Assembly: GCA_902555275.1 (NCBI GenBank)
Contig: CACDRY010000002.1
Span: 4,250-68,249, forward strand
Direction: 5' to 3'
Source: an uncultured Pelagibacteraceae bacterium
GTDB taxonomy: Bacteria > Pseudomonadota > Alphaproteobacteria > Pelagibacterales > Pelagibacteraceae
DNA: 64,000 bases
Below are positions 39,283-48,605 of this stretch, piece after piece. The notes under the pieces were generated by a model, which saw only the letters and a list, made by a program, of their open reading frames with translations, ran no database searches and had not been told where the DNA came from. The translations under genes and the position numbers were made by a program. Every line of letters starts with the position of its first letter. Position 1 is the first letter of the stretch.

Positions 39283-40513
39283 TTATATACTTAATCATAT
39301 CTATTGATGATTTTATACCATCTTCATGAAATCCATATCCAAAATAACTACCACAAAATAAAATATTATTTTTATTTTGAATTAGGTGAAGATCTTTCTG
39401 GCTATTGATTGCGTTTTGATCAAAGTAAGGATGTGTAAATATAACTTTTCGGATTATTTTATCTTTGGGTATCTCTAAATAAGGATTTAATGTTAAAAAA
39501 ATATTTTTATTTATATTCAAATTTTGTAATAGGTTTAACCAGTAAGTAATTGAATTTTTTTCACTATTCTCAGACTCGATCGAAGAATTCCATGAACACC
39601 AAGCACTTTTATTATTTGGCATATAACTTATATCCTCATGGACTATTGCCTCATTTATTTTATATTTAAAATTACTTAAGATCTTATTTTCTATTTCTTC
39701 AGGATTTTCAATTAAAGAGAGAGCTTGATTAGCATGGGTTGCCAATACTACTTTATCGTAAGTAAAATATTCATTTTTATCTCCATAATAAACCTGAACT
39801 CCTGATCCAATTCTTTTAATTTTATTAATATTGTAATTTTTATAATATTCTCCACTGATTTTACTTAGAATTTTATCTACATATGTTCTACTTCTTTTAG
39901 AAACTGTAAACCATTGTGGTCGATCTTTTAATTTGAATAATCCATGATTTTGGAAAAATTTAAAAAAAAATTTCAATGGCATTTGTTTTGCCTCATAAGG
40001 AGGCATTGACCATATAGCTGATACCATAGGAATAATATGAAATTTGATAAAATACTCTGACAGTTTTAAATTGTCTAAATAGCTGCCTAAAGTAATATTT
40101 TCGTTAATTGGATCTTGGTTTTCACTTTGTTTATAAAAACTGATTATTGTAAAAAACATCTTCAAAAATTTTATATTTAACAAGTTTGATTTATTGCTAA
40201 AAATTCCGGAAAGACCTTTTCCACAATATTCTATATTTGAGTCTCTAACAGATACTGAGAATGACATATTACTTCTTTCGATAGCAATATCATTTTCTTG
40301 AAAAAAATTTATTAAATTTGGATAAGTTTTTTTATTAAATACAATAAAGCCTATATCAACAGGGACTATATGATCTCCAACATTAACATCAATAGTATGA
40401 GAATGACCTCCAAAATGGTCTTCTTTCTCAAATAGATCTACTTTATATTTTTTAGATAAACTGTACGCTGCACTTAGACCTGATATACCAGAGCCTATAA
40501 TAGCAAATTTCAT
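39275..40513 (-). CDS. FAD/NAD-binding oxidoreductase (UfaD-like, COG2907 type)
   Basis: IGSGISGL, GGHSHT, VDIGFIVFN..TYPN, MSFSVS, AIWS, FFQNHGL, YGFHEDG. Confidence 0.9.
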   Translation of the reverse strand: MKFAIIGSGISGLSAAYSLSKKYKVDLFEKEDHFGGHSHTIDVNVGDHIVPVDIGFIVFNKKTYPNLINFFQENDIAIERSNMSFSVSVRDSNIEYCGKGLSGIFSNKSNLLNIKFLKMFFTIISFYKQSENQDPINENITLGSYLDNLKLSEYFIKFHIIPMVSAIWSMPPYEAKQMPLKFFFKFFQNHGLFKLKDRPQWFTVSKRSRTYVDKILSKISGEYYKNYNINKIKRIGSGVQVYYGDKNEYFTYDKVVLATHANQALSLIENPEEIENKILSNFKYKINEAIVHEDISYMPNNKSAWCSWNSSIESENSEKNSITYWLNLLQNLNINKNIFLTLNPYLEIPKDKIIRKVIFTHPYFDQNAINSQKDLHLIQNKNNILFCGSYFGYGFHEDGIKSSIDMIKYINA

Positions 40514-41391
40514 TATTGAGGATTATATTTATTTTCTTTTGTAAAGGATGAGACAAATTGTAGAAAAACTGCAAGAATTATAATGCTTCCTCCTATTAAT
40601 ACGTAGAATGAAGGGTTTTCATTTACAAATAGCCAAGCCCAAAGAGGACCAAGTATCGCCTCTGTAAGCATTATTATGCCAACCATAGCTGATAGAGTTT
40701 TCCTCGCACCAATTGTTATAAAAATAAAGCCAAGTCCTATTTGAAATGTCCCAGACAAAAATGCCAAAAACATATCATTTAAAGATATAGAAATTTTTGT
40801 TGAAGCTAAAAAACCTATTATCATTGCAACTATTCCTGCAACTAATTGTAGGGGCACCATATCCACATGAGGATATCTTCTTACAATTAAAATTAGAGAT
40901 GCAAAGGTAATTGGCATTACAAAGGCAACGATATTTCCAGACATCTGTCCACTTGATAGAGTATTTCCTAGCATTAAAATTAATCCGGAAATTGCTAAAA
41001 TGATAGAAGCTAAAGTAATTTTTGAAATTTTTTCTTTTAAAAAAAAATATCCAAATATCGCTAAGAAAATTGTTTGTGTTTGTATTATGAAATTTGTATT
41101 TGCAACAGTAGTATTATACATAGCAAAAACGTAACTACTAAATCCAATGCCTAATATAATTCCACCAATTAAGCCGGGAATCCCCGATACAAAAATTTTT
41201 TTAAATACCTCTTTTTTGTAAGTTACAATTAAAAAAATAGTTACAACAATTATAAAAAAAACTTGTCTCCAAAATAAGATTTGCCATAAAGTTGATCCTT
41301 CAAATGATTTAACAATCAACCCACCAAAACTAAGACAAAATGCGCCAAAAAAGATTAATAATGGACCTGGTATCTTTGAAATAAAATTCAT
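40513..41391 (-). CDS. DMT/EamA-family transporter
   Basis: About 10 TM; FFLKE, EAILGPLWAW..ENP...GG. Confidence 0.87.
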   Translation of the reverse strand: MNFISKIPGPLLIFFGAFCLSFGGLIVKSFEGSTLWQILFWRQVFFIIVVTIFLIVTYKKEVFKKIFVSGIPGLIGGIILGIGFSSYVFAMYNTTVANTNFIIQTQTIFLAIFGYFFLKEKISKITLASIILAISGLILMLGNTLSSGQMSGNIVAFVMPITFASLILIVRRYPHVDMVPLQLVAGIVAMIIGFLASTKISISLNDMFLAFLSGTFQIGLGFIFITIGARKTLSAMVGIIMLTEAILGPLWAWLFVNENPSFYVLIGGSIIILAVFLQFVSSFTKENKYNPQ

Positions 41392-42335
41392 TTAATATTG
41401 GAAATCAAATTTTGAGTTTCCATCTCATACAACTTAAAAATAGTTTCTGCATCTTTTAAATTAATTTCTTTAAATTTAATTTTTGATCCTGGAGGTATTT
41501 GTACTAGTTTGTCATAATCAGCACTTATTACAACTCCAATCTTAGGGTAACCTCCAATAGTTCCATGATCAGATAGCATAATTATTGGGTCCCCATCTGC
41601 AGTGATTTGGATAGCACCCTTCACTAATCCTTCCGACTTTATATTGGTATTTTTAATATTATTAATCTTAGGTCCTTTAAGTCTTATTCCCATACGGTCA
41701 CTTAATTTGGTTACATTAAATTCATTGCTAAAAAATGAATCTATTGCATCCTTTGAAAAATAATCAAAATGGGGTCCTTTTATTATTCTAATATTTTCAA
41801 TTTTAGAATTTAGGTATTCTATTTTATTTTTTGGCAAGATTTTTTTTATATTTTTTAATTGAATTATTTGTCCTATCTCAAGTTTTTCGCCACTATTTGC
41901 TCCAATTTTAGCCTTAGTATTTGTAGAACAACTATTTAAATAATAATCTACCTCAAATGTGCCTCCAATAGATAAATAACCATATACTGATCGATTGGTG
42001 GACAGTATATCTAAGCAATCATTATTTTCTAAAACAATATTTTGGTAACAACTAAACTTTAAATTTTTATTTTTTCTTATAATTTTAAAATTAACATCTC
42101 CAGTAACATTGATGGAGATATTTTCTCCTATATATTTCAATTTTGGACCTTGATATGCAAATTCTAGGACCGGATTGTTTATTCCATTATTTGAAATGGT
42201 ATTTGCTAATAAGAAATTCCTATTATCCATTGCTCCACTAAAAGGTATGCCTATGTGATAAAAATTATTTCTACCATTGTCTTGAAATGTAGAATTGATA
42301 CCTGGTCGTAATACCTCAAAATAGTTTTTATTCAT
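41388..42335 (-). CDS. pxpC: 5-oxoprolinase subunit C (start likely MNKNYF; ORF extends to 42347)
   Basis: QD.GR, G..SGAMD, SDRMG.RL, GAIQ, D..TIGGYPKIG. Confidence 0.88.
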   Translation of the reverse strand: MNKNYFEVLRPGINSTFQDNGRNNFYHIGIPFSGAMDNRNFLLANTISNNGINNPVLEFAYQGPKLKYIGENISINVTGDVNFKIIRKNKNLKFSCYQNIVLENNDCLDILSTNRSVYGYLSIGGTFEVDYYLNSCSTNTKAKIGANSGEKLEIGQIIQLKNIKKILPKNKIEYLNSKIENIRIIKGPHFDYFSKDAIDSFFSNEFNVTKLSDRMGIRLKGPKINNIKNTNIKSEGLVKGAIQITADGDPIIMLSDHGTIGGYPKIGVVISADYDKLVQIPPGSKIKFKEINLKDAETIFKLYEMETQNLISNIK

Positions 42336-43002
42336 ATTTTTTTTCATACTCTAGTTTGGAAATTGGGTAAAATGATATTGTATCACCAGGATTAATTAGA
42401 TTTGGTTCAGTATTTTTTTTTTTATCAAAAATATTAACTGGTGTTTTGCCAATTATATTCCAACCACCTGGACTTTCAAAAGTATAAATATTACAAAATT
42501 GCTCTGTTATACCTACAGAATTTTTTGGGACTTTAACTCTTGGTGTTTCTAAACGCTTTGCAAAAAGAGATTTATCCATATCTCCCAAGAATGGCATTCC
42601 CGCAATAAAACCTGTCATATAACAGTAATAATTTTTTGAAAAGAATATTTCATAAATTTTTTCTTCATTTATTTTTAATAATTTTTTTAAACGTTCAATA
42701 TCTAGTGCAAATTCCTCTGCATAACAAACTGGGATTTTAATTAGATTATTTTTTGAATTATTATTTTTTTTTAACTCTAAATTTTCAACTTGTTTTTTTA
42801 ATTTAGCATAACTCGTAAGTTTTAAATCGAAACTAATTACTAGTTTATTATAACTTGGTGTAATATTTGTAATACCTAAGAAATTACTATCTCTTAAATT
42901 ATTAAAATAATTTATAACATTTCTGTTTATTTCTTTATTTACCTCAGTACCAAAGTCACAGTACATTGCTGCGTCACCAAGATTTGATATATTTTTAATC
43001 AT
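42328..43002 (-). CDS. pxpB: 5-oxoprolinase subunit B
   Basis: GDAA, PSY, IPVCY, GFIAGMPFLG, R.ETPR, SVGI, Y..ESPGGWNIIG.TP. Confidence 0.9.
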   Translation of the reverse strand: MIKNISNLGDAAMYCDFGTEVNKEINRNVINYFNNLRDSNFLGITNITPSYNKLVISFDLKLTSYAKLKKQVENLELKKNNNSKNNLIKIPVCYAEEFALDIERLKKLLKINEEKIYEIFFSKNYYCYMTGFIAGMPFLGDMDKSLFAKRLETPRVKVPKNSVGITEQFCNIYTFESPGGWNIIGKTPVNIFDKKKNTEPNLINPGDTISFYPISKLEYEKKYE

Positions 43003-43029
43003 GTCATGTTATACTTTAAGCTTTATAGT

Positions 43030-43803
43030 ATGGAAATTAATTTAAATTGTGATTTAGGTGAAAAATCAAAGCATCATTCAAATGAGAATGATCCTGATTT
43101 ACTCAAAATAGTAAACTCTGCAAATGTGGCTTGTGGGTACCATGCTGGAGATGAGGAAACTATGAGAGAAGTTGTAGAGATTTCAAAGCAAAATAACGTA
43201 AGTATTGGCGCACATCCATCTTTCAATGACCCAGAAAACTTTGGAAGAAAACGGATTAATCTTGGTGCTGATGAGATTTCTAAGCTTTTAATTGATCAAT
43301 ATGAAATTTTACAAAATATTGCCAGTAAATTAGATGAAAGAGTTTCTCATATTAAACCACACGGAGCCTTGAATAATATGGCTTGCGAGGACCTTGAGCT
43401 AGCAACAATTTTGGCAAAAACTATTTATAGTATTGATAAAGATATAATTTATTTAGTGCCAACAGGTTCAAAAATGGAAATTGCAGCTAAAAAATTAAAT
43501 ATGAAAATTGCATGTGAAATTTTTGCAGATAGAAATTATGAAGATGATGGAACGCTTGTGTCAAGAAGTAAGGATCATGCCTTAATAACCGATCCTGAGC
43601 GAGCTAAAAAACATGTATTCAATATGGTAAAAAACCAAACTCTTAATTGTCACAGTGGAAAACAAATACCTTGTGAAATCGATTCAATTTGCATACATGG
43701 AGATAACGCAAGTTCTCTTTCGACTGCAAAACAGGTAAGAGAAAACTTGATAAAAAATAATTTGGAATTGATGCCTCTTAATAAAATGAAAAAATTTATA
43801 TAA
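43030..43803 (+). CDS. pxpA: 5-oxoprolinase subunit A (LamB/YcsF); start MEINLNCD
   Basis: LNCDLGE, SANVACGYHAGD, GAHPS, FGR, HIKPHGAL, E.FADRNY, CIHGD. Confidence 0.94.
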   Translation: MEINLNCDLGEKSKHHSNENDPDLLKIVNSANVACGYHAGDEETMREVVEISKQNNVSIGAHPSFNDPENFGRKRINLGADEISKLLIDQYEILQNIASKLDERVSHIKPHGALNNMACEDLELATILAKTIYSIDKDIIYLVPTGSKMEIAAKKLNMKIACEIFADRNYEDDGTLVSRSKDHALITDPERAKKHVFNMVKNQTLNCHSGKQIPCEIDSICIHGDNASSLSTAKQVRENLIKNNLELMPLNKMKKFI

Positions 43804-43805
43804 TT

Positions 43806-44285
43806 ATGATTAAAAAACTATTTACTCTTCTCATATTCTTTTTTTTAGCTGTTGAAACTTTTGCTGCTGGAACAAGTTCATCAGATAAAAAACCGAGCTA
43901 TAAAAATGCTGTAAAAATAATTGAAGCAGCTAAGAAATACGAATCCAAAAATAAAATGGATAAAGCATTAAAAAGATACGAAAAAGCTCAAAAAATTTTA
44001 TTAAAACTCGACAAAGAAAAGCCCTTGCAAGCTGATACACTAAACTATCTGGGTTTTACAACTAGAAAACTTGGGGACTTTGAAGCGGGAGAAAAATATT
44101 ATTTGTTAGGTTTGCAAGTAGATCCAAAGCATGTAGGTATAAATGAATACTTAGGTGAATTATATGTTGTAACCAACAGAATTGATTTAGCAAAAGAAAG
44201 ATTGGAAATTTTGAAAAGCTGTAATTGTGAAGAGTATCAAGAGTTAAAAGAAATTATTGAGGGAACAAAAAAATCAAAATACTAA
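43806..44285 (+). CDS. exported TPR-repeat protein
   Basis: Signal peptide; ADTLNYLGFTTRKLG, DP.H.GINEYLGELY. Confidence 0.8.
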   Translation: MIKKLFTLLIFFFLAVETFAAGTSSSDKKPSYKNAVKIIEAAKKYESKNKMDKALKRYEKAQKILLKLDKEKPLQADTLNYLGFTTRKLGDFEAGEKYYLLGLQVDPKHVGINEYLGELYVVTNRIDLAKERLEILKSCNCEEYQELKEIIEGTKKSKY

Positions 44286-45592
44286 TTGATATTTTGAATC
44301 ATTTGTTCTGGCATCCATAAAGCGATTTGCGGGAACAGCACAATCAATAGAACTGCAAAAATCATCAATAAAAATAATGGAAAGGCACTCTTTGCTATAA
44401 ACCCCATATCTTTGTTTGCCATTCCTTGAAGAACAAAAAGATTAAAACCAACAGGTGGTGTAATTTGAGCCATTTCTACAACAATGACTAAAAATATTCC
44501 AAACCAAATCATATCAAAGCCTGCCTGCCTTATCATTGGTTCAATTATTGCCATTGTAAGAACAACTGCGGAGATCCCATCAAGAAACATCCCAAGAATT
44601 ATGTAAAAAATCATTAATACAAATATTAATACATACGGTGATAACTCCATATTCTGTATCCACAATGCTAGATTTCTGGGCAAACCTGTAAATCCCATAG
44701 CAAGTGACAAGAAAGTTGCCCCAGCTAAAATAAACGCAATCATACAGGAAGTTTTAGTTGCTCCTAGCAATGAGTCTTTGAATGTTTTTAAGGTTAAACT
44801 CTTTTGAAAATAAGAGAGAATTAAAGCTCCAACAACACCTAAAGATGCAGCCTCGGTTGCTGTTGCTATACCAGTATATATTGAACCTATTACTCCAAGT
44901 ATTAATAAAATAACTGGAATTAATTGTTTAGATTTACCTAATTTATTTAAAAATGAAAAATTTTCATAATTAGTTGGCATTTTATTTTTATTTAATAAAG
45001 ACCAAAAAATTACATAGCTCATAAAGATTAGAGCAATCATTATGCCTGGAATTATTCCGGCTATAAATAGTTTTGCAATTGACTCTTGAACAGTTACACC
45101 ATAAATAATTAAAATTATTGAGGGTGGAATTAAAAGACCTAATGTTCCTGAACCTGCCAAACTTCCAAGCAGAATTTTTTCAGGATATTTTCTTTTTCTT
45201 AATTCTGGAATTGACATTTTTCCAACTGTAGCAACTGTTGCAGCAGATGATCCAGAGATAGCGGCAAACAAGGCGCAACCAACTACATTAACGTGTATCA
45301 AACCTCCTGGTAACTTTTGAAGCCAAGGTGCCAATCCTTCAAATAAATTTTCTGATAATTTGGTTCTAAAAAGAATTTCACCCATCCACACAAATAACGG
45401 TAATGCTGTTAGTGTCCACGATGACGATGCTCCCCATATAGTTGTAGCCATCGCATCACCCACTGGTCTAGAGGTAAACAAAATCATTCCTATTGAAGAT
45501 ACCCCAACCATACTTATGGCTACCCATGTTCCAGATCCTAAAAAAAATAGTAAAACGCTAATAAAAAAAAATGCTAATAAAATTTCAATCAT
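44282..45592 (-). CDS. dctM: TRAP transporter large permease
   Basis: ALPLF..MGE, ISGSS.AT, GTLGLLIPPS, TEAA, TPPVGFNLF. Confidence 0.95.
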   Translation of the reverse strand: MIEILLAFFFISVLLFFLGSGTWVAISMVGVSSIGMILFTSRPVGDAMATTIWGASSSWTLTALPLFVWMGEILFRTKLSENLFEGLAPWLQKLPGGLIHVNVVGCALFAAISGSSAATVATVGKMSIPELRKRKYPEKILLGSLAGSGTLGLLIPPSIILIIYGVTVQESIAKLFIAGIIPGIMIALIFMSYVIFWSLLNKNKMPTNYENFSFLNKLGKSKQLIPVILLILGVIGSIYTGIATATEAASLGVVGALILSYFQKSLTLKTFKDSLLGATKTSCMIAFILAGATFLSLAMGFTGLPRNLALWIQNMELSPYVLIFVLMIFYIILGMFLDGISAVVLTMAIIEPMIRQAGFDMIWFGIFLVIVVEMAQITPPVGFNLFVLQGMANKDMGFIAKSAFPLFLLMIFAVLLIVLFPQIALWMPEQMIQNIN

Positions 45593-46073
45593 ACTTATTA
45601 ACTATTCTTAATATTAATTGATGGAATACACATATAAAAAATAACAATGAACCAATTGCTACACTTGATTGAGGTATCCAAATTAAAATTTCGTCAGCTC
45701 CTTCACTTCTTTCTTGAAACTCATAAGATATCTTTAACATTTTAAGAAAATAAAAGGCCATATATCCTGAAAAAATAGATGCAATACTTAAACTCCAAAT
45801 CTCTAGAAACTTTTTTCTTAAATCAGTGGCTTTTTCTAAAAATAATGTAATCCTAATATGACCTCCATTTACAAAAGTGTATGAAAGTGCAAAAAATGAG
45901 GAAGCGGCCATACAGTAACCAGAATATTCAGCTAAACCTCTGATATAAAAACCAAACATTCTTGAGGCAATTCCAGTTAAAATCAAAGCTGCTATCAAAA
46001 TTAAAAAAAATGCAGCGATATATCCTGAGAAATTATATAGATTATTTAAAGATTTATTAATTTTTTGTAACAT
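45585..46073 (-). CDS. dctQ: TRAP transporter small permease
   Basis: 4 TM, E..GY, GGHIRI; between dctP and dctM. Confidence 0.9.
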   Translation of the reverse strand: MLQKINKSLNNLYNFSGYIAAFFLILIAALILTGIASRMFGFYIRGLAEYSGYCMAASSFFALSYTFVNGGHIRITLFLEKATDLRKKFLEIWSLSIASIFSGYMAFYFLKMLKISYEFQERSEGADEILIWIPQSSVAIGSLLFFICVFHQLILRIVNKYD

Positions 46074-46103
46074 AAAAAAGGCCGTTTTTTTAAAACGGCC
46101 TTT
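46074..46103 (-). terminator. intrinsic terminator-like hairpin between dctP and dctQ
   Basis: Minus strand AAAGGCCGTTTT-aaa-AAAACGGCCTTTTTT followed immediately by the dctQ ATG. Confidence 0.75.
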
Positions 46104-46118
46104 CTGATTATATTAATT

Positions 46119-47090
46119 TTATTTGTAAGCAGCAAGTACGCTAGCTCCTGTTTTGCCAGCCTTTTTCTTCCATTCCTTTGCCATTTTTTTTCCAACTTTT
46201 TGGAAATGTTTTTCTAAATCAGCATTTACTTTGCCTACTGTCATTCCTGCAGCAGCTAAAGCTTTTTTATCCTCAATATTTCCAACTCTAGAAAGCATCC
46301 AACCTTTTTCTTCTGCTACAGTTGCTTCTTTCATTATTAGTTTTTGAGTATCTGCATCTAGTTTGTTCCAAGATCCTCTATGAGCAACTACCATATTTTT
46401 TGGGAACCAAGCAGCAATATCATAGAAATATTTTACTCCGTTCTCCCAAATTTTACTATTTTTTCCTGTAGTTGGTGAAGTAATCATACTCTCAACTGCT
46501 CCAGTTGAAAATGCTTGACTAATTTCTGCAGCTTCAATTTTTGTTGGAGCCATACCAGTAAGTTCAGCGATTCTAATTGTTGCTGAATTATAAGCTCTAA
46601 ATTTTAAACCCTGTAAATCTGAAACACTATTAATCTCGTTTTTACTATACAAACCTTGTGCAGGCCATGGCACAGCATACAAAAATACCAATCCTTTTTG
46701 GCTCAAGCTTTCTATGATTGCTGGTTTCGATGCTTGGTAAAGTTTCATAGCATCATCATATGATGTTGCTAAGAATGGTTGTGAGTCAATCTCAAGAATA
46801 GGATCTACTTTTCCAAGAGCCGACATAAATCTCTCCCCCATTTGAGCTTGACCAGTTCTAACTGCTCTAAAGATTTCTCCACCTTTAAATAATGATCCTC
46901 CAGGATGAGTTACAATAGTTAATTTACCTCCACTTTTTTCTGAAACATTTTTAGCAAATTCTGCAGCGTTAGCTGAATGAAAATTGCTTGCACCGTAAGC
47001 TAAAGCCATATCCCACTTCTCAGCAGCGTTTACGTTAGCTGTTAACAAAACAGAAAATAAAATAGAAATTAAAGTTTTTAAATTTTTCAT
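46119..47090 (-). CDS. dctP: TRAP substrate-binding protein, pyroglutamate-binding DctP6/DctP7-like
   Basis: Signal peptide; KWD...AY.ASN.H, SGGKL.I..H..GSL.K..EI.RAV..GQAQ.GE, VPWPAQG, KFRAY; strong AGGAGG SD. Confidence 0.88.
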   Translation of the reverse strand: MKNLKTLISILFSVLLTANVNAAEKWDMALAYGASNFHSANAAEFAKNVSEKSGGKLTIVTHPGGSLFKGGEIFRAVRTGQAQMGERFMSALGKVDPILEIDSQPFLATSYDDAMKLYQASKPAIIESLSQKGLVFLYAVPWPAQGLYSKNEINSVSDLQGLKFRAYNSATIRIAELTGMAPTKIEAAEISQAFSTGAVESMITSPTTGKNSKIWENGVKYFYDIAAWFPKNMVVAHRGSWNKLDADTQKLIMKEATVAEEKGWMLSRVGNIEDKKALAAAGMTVGKVNADLEKHFQKVGKKMAKEWKKKAGKTGASVLAAYK

Positions 47091-47204
47091 TAATCCTCCT
47101 TATTTTTAAAAAAATACATCTGATTATGTATTATTTGTTAAATCAATAAAAAATTTTCTATGTTTTATTGAAAAATATGAAAATACTACTATTATACGGT
47201 CACC

Positions 47205-47819
47205 TTGATCGAAGAAGCCCTTATTTTACTACAAATTATATTTATAAATATAATTTTAACTGCCGATAATGCCATAATAATTGGCCTTATCGCATCTAAT
47301 TTTGTTCCTAAAAATAGGAAAAAAATTATATTTTGGGGGGTAGTCGGGGCTTTAGTCTTTAAGGTTTTATTTGCAGTATTTGCTACATATTTATTCAAAT
47401 TTTACTTTATAAAAATTCTAGGAGGTTTGTTGTTGATTTGGATAGTCAACGATTTAAGAAAAGATCTTTTACAAGTTCAAAAGCAAACTAAATCACCTAC
47501 AAAAAAATCTTTAGAACCATCATTTGCTAAGGGTATGTATAAAGTGCTTTTTGCAGATATTACAATCAGTTTCGATAATGTTATAGGTGTTGTTGGGGCT
47601 TCTAAGGGTAACTTTGGTTTCATGATTTTTGGTTTAATTTTATCTGTAGTGCTTACTGGTGCAATGGCCACTTATCTAGCTAATTACGTACAGAAACATT
47701 TATGGGTTGTCTATGTTGGAATGGCATTTATTCTTATACTAGCAATACAACTTATTATTGGAGGACTTGTAGACTTAGAAATTTTAAATATAAACGAAGA
47801 GTTTAAAAAATATTTTTAA
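47205..47819 (+). CDS. TerC/YjbE-family membrane protein
   Basis: L..DNA.II, AD...S.DNV.GV.G motifs. Confidence 0.85.
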   Translation: MIEEALILLQIIFINIILTADNAIIIGLIASNFVPKNRKKIIFWGVVGALVFKVLFAVFATYLFKFYFIKILGGLLLIWIVNDLRKDLLQVQKQTKSPTKKSLEPSFAKGMYKVLFADITISFDNVIGVVGASKGNFGFMIFGLILSVVLTGAMATYLANYVQKHLWVVYVGMAFILILAIQLIIGGLVDLEILNINEEFKKYF

Positions 47820-48595
47820 TAAGAATATCTAATTGATGGGTATGACCCTTTCTTAACATCTAATTTAAATTTTTTAACTGCTGTCCTTACATTACTTTTC
47901 AAATTGGCATATTTTTTTACAAATTTTATTTTATTATCTGTTAGTCCCAATAAATCATCTGTAACTAAAATCTGACCATCACAAAAATTTGATGAACCTA
48001 TTCCTATTGTAGGAATGTTAATTGATTCTGTAATTTTTTTTGAAACTTTTTTTTCAATACATTCTAAAACAATTGCAAATACTCCAGCATCTTCTAAAGA
48101 TTTTGAATCTTTTAACAAATTTTTTTTTTCTATATCTGTTTTACCTTTGTATCTAAATTTTCCTCTTACAGATTGTGGTGTTATACCTATATGGCCCATT
48201 ACAGGAATTTTATATTTTATTAAATGTTTAATGATTTCTATAATTTTTCCCCCTCCTTCTAATTTTATACCATCACATTTTGTTTCTTTCATTACTTTTT
48301 TACAATTCTTAAGTGCTTGAGATTTATTTTTGTATGTATTGAAAGGCATATCTACAATCAATAAACTTTTTTTAACTCCTTTTCTTACACTCTTGGAGTG
48401 CTCAATCATCATTGATAAATTTACTTTTCTTGTGGTTTCAAAATTATATAAAACTGAACCCAAAGAGTCTCCAACAAGTATTAAATCTGTGAAGTTATCA
48501 ATCTCTTCAGCTATATTTTTTGAATAAGCAGTTAAACAAACAATTTTTGATTTATTTTTTTTTTTAATAACCAGCCTACTCGTTTTTGTAAGCAT
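47816..48595 (-). CDS. panB: 3-methyl-2-oxobutanoate hydroxymethyltransferase
   Basis: LTAY, LVGDSLG, DMPF, KLEGG, MGHIGITPQ, TIGIG, DGQILV. Confidence 0.96.
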   Translation of the reverse strand: MLTKTSRLVIKKKNKSKIVCLTAYSKNIAEEIDNFTDLILVGDSLGSVLYNFETTRKVNLSMMIEHSKSVRKGVKKSLLIVDMPFNTYKNKSQALKNCKKVMKETKCDGIKLEGGGKIIEIIKHLIKYKIPVMGHIGITPQSVRGKFRYKGKTDIEKKNLLKDSKSLEDAGVFAIVLECIEKKVSKKITESINIPTIGIGSSNFCDGQILVTDDLLGLTDNKIKFVKKYANLKSNVRTAVKKFKLDVKKGSYPSIRYSY

Positions 48596-48605
48596 AAATA
48601 CCTAC

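Noticed and set aside
41388-43002. Urea carboxylase/allophanate hydrolase annotation
   Set aside because: Adjacent LamB/YcsF (pxpA), no biotin carboxylase domain and a pyroglutamate-type DctP favour 5-oxoprolinase.
47116-47143. dif-like sequence ACATCTGATTA-TGTATT-ATTTGTTAAAT
   Set aside because: The XerD-like arm has 2 mismatches, the XerC arm is poor, and it lies in the AT-rich dctP/terC promoter spacer; likely chance.
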